This document shows, one piece after another, positions 59,131-64,000 of a stretch of 64,000 bases of DNA. The notes beneath the pieces were generated by a model, which had not been told where the DNA came from, did no database searches, and worked only from the letters and a program-made list of their open reading frames with translations. This stretch comes from a virus. Where the stretch lies: positions 32,001 through 96,000 of IMG/VR virus record IMGVR_UViG_3300023179_000031. One strand, 5' to 3'. How positions within the stretch are numbered: position 1 is the first letter of the stretch; the number at the start of each line of letters is the position of its first letter. Both the position numbers and the translations under genes were made by a program.

Positions 59131-60682
59131 TCAATTCGTAAGTCCACCCAAGATTTAAAGTATATCTACCTTCTTTTGGGTTCCAAGATTCTTGTGGTGG
59201 TGAAAGAAAATATTTTCTAATTCCCGGCTCATTTGCTGGACTAAAAATACCGATTAAAGTTTTTAACTGATTGGCTATTGGATCATTGATGCTTGGTTTT
59301 TTTAGTAATAAAGAGCCTCTATCTGTACCATAGCCTAGGTGTGTGCTATCAACAATAATTTCAACACTCATATCTCTTCTGTACTCTGTTCTTCCAAATG
59401 TAAATTGTAATATTGGACCTGTTGGTCTTCCAAGAACTGGTATGGTAGCAAAAACATCTCCGGGATAAGTGTCATTTATGCTAAAACTTTCATATAAAAC
59501 ACCACTAAAAAAATTGCTTGGACGATTATCAAATTCTATATTATATGAAATTTCTCCAGCTTGTTCATTTGCTCCAATAGAAACTGATAACGGTTGACTA
59601 TTTAATGTTTCAGCAACAGCATTATCTGCTCTTTTATAGATTAAAGACCCTACACCAAAAGATCCACTAGAGCTAATATTATAATAATGTAATTTAGCTT
59701 GCCCATATGGCGATGAAGTTAGTGTATTTGAAGCGAATTGTGCATCCGTAAATCCCGAGGGAGCTAAACCTTTGATAGTACCTTGTATAGAAGTTTTAAC
59801 ATATGGATTATCCAAACTTGTTGAAACAGATAGCTCATAGTGTTCTAATGCGGTTGTTCCAGATGGAGCTAAAACCCAAGTATCAGTTTGAGTAACTGTG
59901 CCAGCGCCTTTGTCGATATTAACCGTTTTTCCATGATTAAATCCATCAAACGAACCAACATTCATGCTAGATTTAGCTAACATAGTATACATAGTATTAT
60001 AATTATCACTATTATCAATAAATGACTTAGCTTGCAGCCAAGCCGGTTTATCATTTGGGTTAGTAATAATTGTTGCATTAGCATCAGATGCGGATTGTAA
60101 TACCGATCTTGTTGGCAAATTTCTCCCTGTTGCAGTTAATGTTCTACTTGCTATAAATGATCTTGATGAAAGAGGGTTAGTATTACCAGAAGTAACATCA
60201 GCATATGCTAAATTATTTTCAATTTCAAAAGACCAAGTTTCATTAAAATCTTCTAATAGATTTTCTTGTTCTGTAGCGTTAGTAAGTTCTTGCTCTGAAA
60301 CAAGGTTGATAGTATACTTGCAAGTCTGTGTGTAGGTTCCTTCTTCAAAATTTATAGACTCAAATCTTGTTTTAAAAGTAATAGCTGGATTATTACCGCC
60401 GGGAGTAATTTCTAATTTTTGAACACCTGTTCCACTAACATTAAAGAAATCTACTAGATTCTTTTGCGTACTCATTATATCCTGTAGAGCAACTTGGGAA
60501 GCGGTATACCCATTTTTTGGCGGGCTAGAAGAAACTATGGTGCCATTCAGGGTAATATTATATCTATTACCAAAATGCGCATTTTTATTTCTAAGAGAAG
60601 AAGAGGATATAGAAATAAATGGTGCTGGAACTAAATTATAGCTTGTGCCAGCGGCGTTTATTACAGTAACGTTTGCGCTCAT
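59123..60682 (-). CDS. Putative tail structural protein
   Basis: 519 aa, beta-rich, coupled to both neighbours. Confidence 0.6.
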   Translation of the reverse strand: MSANVTVINAAGTSYNLVPAPFISISSSSLRNKNAHFGNRYNITLNGTIVSSSPPKNGYTASQVALQDIMSTQKNLVDFFNVSGTGVQKLEITPGGNNPAITFKTRFESINFEEGTYTQTCKYTINLVSEQELTNATEQENLLEDFNETWSFEIENNLAYADVTSGNTNPLSSRSFIASRTLTATGRNLPTRSVLQSASDANATIITNPNDKPAWLQAKSFIDNSDNYNTMYTMLAKSSMNVGSFDGFNHGKTVNIDKGAGTVTQTDTWVLAPSGTTALEHYELSVSTSLDNPYVKTSIQGTIKGLAPSGFTDAQFASNTLTSSPYGQAKLHYYNISSSGSFGVGSLIYKRADNAVAETLNSQPLSVSIGANEQAGEISYNIEFDNRPSNFFSGVLYESFSINDTYPGDVFATIPVLGRPTGPILQFTFGRTEYRRDMSVEIIVDSTHLGYGTDRGSLLLKKPSINDPIANQLKTLIGIFSPANEPGIRKYFLSPPQESWNPKEGRYTLNLGWTYELSE

Positions 60683-63600
60683 TGTTTTCCTCTGATATTA
60701 AGTGCTAGCATACCAGAACCAACTTCCGCTCCACTATTAAACAGGTTTAGGCCGGAACTTTCAACAAAATCTACTAATTTTCCATTAGCATATAAACTAA
60801 ATGGAGTTCCAGAAGATGTGCCTAGCACCGCATTTTCGTACAATCCCAAAGTATTATACACATTATCATGTCCTGTACCTTGATTAAATAAAGGTAATAT
60901 TGAACTATTTTCTGATGGTTTTCCGTGTGTAAATAACCTTGCGTAATTTACGTTTTGAATTCCATAAAAGTAACTTCCTTTCAATTGTTCAACGAATGGC
61001 CTGTGGACAATAAAGCCTTTTTCTATCATGTCGTGACCAAATGCATCAATGAATATTTCACCTTTGTTATTGGCAAAGATAATACTATTAAAGTAAACTC
61101 TATTATCTTGTAAATTACCATTTTTAAACTGGAAATAAGTATATGGTTGCTCTACAGACATGTCGCCAAATATTCTGCCAGTAATAAATGAGTCTGGGTG
61201 TGCAAATGAAGGTTTTAATTTACGCAACATGCCATCATAAACATATACAGATCCAGCATTAGACAATTGATCATCATTTATACTGCTACCAAATTGGTGT
61301 TGCGGAGATCCTACTGCTAACGTATAATCTCCATCTTTTCTTCTTGATCTATCTAAAGATATAGATTTACTAAAGAAATCGTTTTCTCCCCTTGCATTGT
61401 ATCCTTGTGGCACTAACTTGTGAATAGAAACCCAGTTTTGAGTTTTTGCTCCCCAATTATCTATTTTATTTTCATATGTAAATATAGCACCATTGTTTTG
61501 AGATACTATGCCGCTTCCAAATTGATTTCTATTTTGCTGCGATCCTAAATCATACACGGCTCTTGTTTGTATATCAAATTGTTCATTAAATTCTTTTCTG
61601 ATAAATGGAGATGATGAATCTACAGCATAGTTATCATAGTCATGACCCGGAGCGCCAATAGCTAATATATCACCATCGATTGAGATACTATATCCAAATT
61701 GGTCTGTTGTAATAGAATTTACATTTCCAACATTTATTTCTTTTGGTCTAAATTTCTTAACGCATTCCCAAGGAACTGTTTTGCCACCAATGCCAGACGC
61801 TTTATAAGTTTTTTCAAACACATAAACTGATCCAGCGCCACCATTAAATCCAACCTCCGTACCGAAAATTTGTCCGCTCGGCGTGTTTGTTTTAACTGTA
61901 TTCCAAGATATGGGACTTTCTCCAGAAAATGCCGCGAATGGAGCGCCAACATAAATCTTATTATTTTTAATTGCCAATGAGTATCCAAATAAATCACCCG
62001 GATAACCAGATGGCAACTTGTCAAAGTCTAGATAATCATATCCAGTATCTTTCATTATTTCTGGCATACCACCGTATACGCTAGCGTCAGCGTACATTTT
62101 TCCATTAATTACGCCACTGAATTTTGTTGTTGCCCCATATTCATATTGATATTCATTAAATGTAGATATCAAATTTGCTCTTAATTGTCTGATTGCAATT
62201 TGATCAGTTAATGGAATTTCTCGGGCTGTCATATATGTTGGACCTTGACCAAGCTCTGGTAGCATTGGTGAGCCATATCCACCAACACTAGTATCAATTA
62301 GATAATCTTGATCAGAAAATAGTGATGAAGCTAATCCGTTATTTGTAGAACTATTAAATCTTAAATTTAATCCAGAATTGTTATATGCATTAACATATTT
62401 TTGTGGACTACCTCTTTCGGGAGCAACAAGCTTTGTCATGTAATCATATTGTCTACCAGAATTTGCGCTTGGGAAAGATGTTCTTGGGTATAGGCTACCC
62501 AGAAAATTAACTAAAGCTTGATTGATATTATCGCCATTAGCTATAGTTCTTCCCTGAATAAGACTTGCGTCACTGATAAGGGTAATTCTAGACTTAGCAA
62601 CGCCAGCATTAAATGGTCTTTGATGATATATTTCTTGAGCAACAACAACTGGGCCGTCTGCAATTTCTGGATCATCAAAATATGACGCACAAAGATCTGT
62701 TGGGCAATACTTTGAACTACTAGTACTAATTTCTCTAGTATACTCGTTTGAAACTGTTCTTTCTGGAACTTCTGGTATAATTATTGTTGATGATTTATTT
62801 TCATATACTGTTTCAAATGTAACAATTTCTTCTATTGGTAATAAAACTCCAGATATAGACAATAATCTTTGAGTTCTAATTGTGTTTGGTTTTGAAATTG
62901 CTGGGTAATTAAGTTTAGTTCCATCAATATAAATAGATATAAAATTAGAGCCACTTGGAACTTGTATGTCAACATAATGACTATCTGGCTCTCCATAGTA
63001 ATTACTCGGAACAAAAAAGTTTGTGCGATCTTTACTAATATTTATTCCAACAAACACCTGTTCTAAAATGCTTTGCTGATCATTTAAATCATAATCATAA
63101 ATATTGGCAATAGAACCGTAGTTGGTTGGATTTAAGCTAGCCGATGAAGAACAATTACTAATCTGAAATCCTAATAAGGAATTTTCTAATGGGCTTTCGC
63201 TTACTGTATTAAAATATACTCTATAGCCAGACCCACCAAGCACTGGAAATGTAACCTTTGCTATACCAGTTTTTATTTGCGGGATACCATATTCAACAAA
63301 AGAATCATCAGTAATACCAGTATCAAAATAAGCTAGAGGAATTGCTGAATTTACTTGAATTGGTATAATATCTTCAGGATAACCATTTACAAGAGAGTAA
63401 ATACTAATTTTACTATCTGGATTATAACCAATCCTTTTTCCTCTATAAATTGGATCATAATCTGTATTAATAACAATATCAGTGTTTGTTAGGCTGTATT
63501 TGTTTATAGCATCATTTTTAGTGGCATATTTGTTTTTACCAGATAAAAATAATGGCCTCATTGATAATTCAAGTTTCTGGCATAATAGTTCTACAACTCT

Positions 63601-64000
63601 AGCAGCAGATGTTGTGTATTGTTCTGCAAATGGTTCATCTATAGATTTTGAAGAAGTGCTAGATGGATTTTGCCCATAAGTTATAACAAGTTTCTTATTG
63701 CCTTGATTTAACCAATCAATGATTCTAGCAAAATCTTCTTCAGATGGGATTTCTGTCGTATTTGCAATCCATGCAACATCATATCCATTGCTAGGTACAC
63801 TAAGATTATAGGATGAAACATTCTCATCAATTAAATTACCAAGACTTGTTAATCTATTAAGTAGGTCAGATTGATTATCTCCCTGCTTAAAACTGGTAAT
63901 GTTTGTCCATCCGCCAAGTTGAGCGATTCTTGCATTACCATCAGCATCTTTAGCTACTATATTTCCATAAAAATTAAGATTTTTATCTGCTGTAGATGAT
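60679..64000 (-). CDS. Large FG-GAP repeat virion protein (5'-truncated by window edge)
   Basis: Frame stays open from 63999 to 60679. FGYSLAI..VGAP, FGYSISIDGDILAIGAPG and VGSP..NAGSVYVY are FG-GAP repeats. Confidence 0.8.
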   Translation of the reverse strand, partial: SSTADKNLNFYGNIVAKDADGNARIAQLGGWTNITSFKQGDNQSDLLNRLTSLGNLIDENVSSYNLSVPSNGYDVAWIANTTEIPSEEDFARIIDWLNQGNKKLVITYGQNPSSTSSKSIDEPFAEQYTTSAARVVELLCQKLELSMRPLFLSGKNKYATKNDAINKYSLTNTDIVINTDYDPIYRGKRIGYNPDSKISIYSLVNGYPEDIIPIQVNSAIPLAYFDTGITDDSFVEYGIPQIKTGIAKVTFPVLGGSGYRVYFNTVSESPLENSLLGFQISNCSSSASLNPTNYGSIANIYDYDLNDQQSILEQVFVGINISKDRTNFFVPSNYYGEPDSHYVDIQVPSGSNFISIYIDGTKLNYPAISKPNTIRTQRLLSISGVLLPIEEIVTFETVYENKSSTIIIPEVPERTVSNEYTREISTSSSKYCPTDLCASYFDDPEIADGPVVVAQEIYHQRPFNAGVAKSRITLISDASLIQGRTIANGDNINQALVNFLGSLYPRTSFPSANSGRQYDYMTKLVAPERGSPQKYVNAYNNSGLNLRFNSSTNNGLASSLFSDQDYLIDTSVGGYGSPMLPELGQGPTYMTAREIPLTDQIAIRQLRANLISTFNEYQYEYGATTKFSGVINGKMYADASVYGGMPEIMKDTGYDYLDFDKLPSGYPGDLFGYSLAIKNNKIYVGAPFAAFSGESPISWNTVKTNTPSGQIFGTEVGFNGGAGSVYVFEKTYKASGIGGKTVPWECVKKFRPKEINVGNVNSITTDQFGYSISIDGDILAIGAPGHDYDNYAVDSSSPFIRKEFNEQFDIQTRAVYDLGSQQNRNQFGSGIVSQNNGAIFTYENKIDNWGAKTQNWVSIHKLVPQGYNARGENDFFSKSISLDRSRRKDGDYTLAVGSPQHQFGSSINDDQLSNAGSVYVYDGMLRKLKPSFAHPDSFITGRIFGDMSVEQPYTYFQFKNGNLQDNRVYFNSIIFANNKGEIFIDAFGHDMIEKGFIVHRPFVEQLKGSYFYGIQNVNYARLFTHGKPSENSSILPLFNQGTGHDNVYNTLGLYENAVLGTSSGTPFSLYANGKLVDFVESSGLNLFNSGAEVGSGMLALNIRGKQ

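Overview
This window is a 64-kb segment of a large, AT-rich, lytic-type tailed phage genome read in standard code 11. A Planctomycetota-like host is inferred only weakly. The + strand (1-46061) carries, in order: a PAS/holin-like/papain-protease trio, a cluster of modular fibre/adhesin genes (Mtd_N, RCC1, FN3, LamG, BspA-LRR), membrane and lipoprotein genes, nucleotide metabolism (nrdA, nrdB, dut, phoH, dNMP kinase), recombination and replication (RecA, DnaB, primase, Cas4-like nuclease, SSB, SSAP), a DnaE polymerase split into two genes around an HNH endonuclease and a DEDDh exonuclease, a degenerate bacterioferritin and about ten glycan-handling genes. A convergent - strand block of large virion/tail genes (46145 to beyond 64000) meets it at a bidirectional terminator. 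The most striking signal is mucin-like poly-Thr tracts in seven predicted virion proteins. They sit at module junctions (anchor-polyThr-cargo), one coincides with an abrupt GC shift, and they co-occur with a phage-encoded glycosyltransferase and sulfotransferase set. This suggests a plug-and-play, possibly O-glycosylated, virion display system. All family calls come from motif recognition by eye; no database searches were run.
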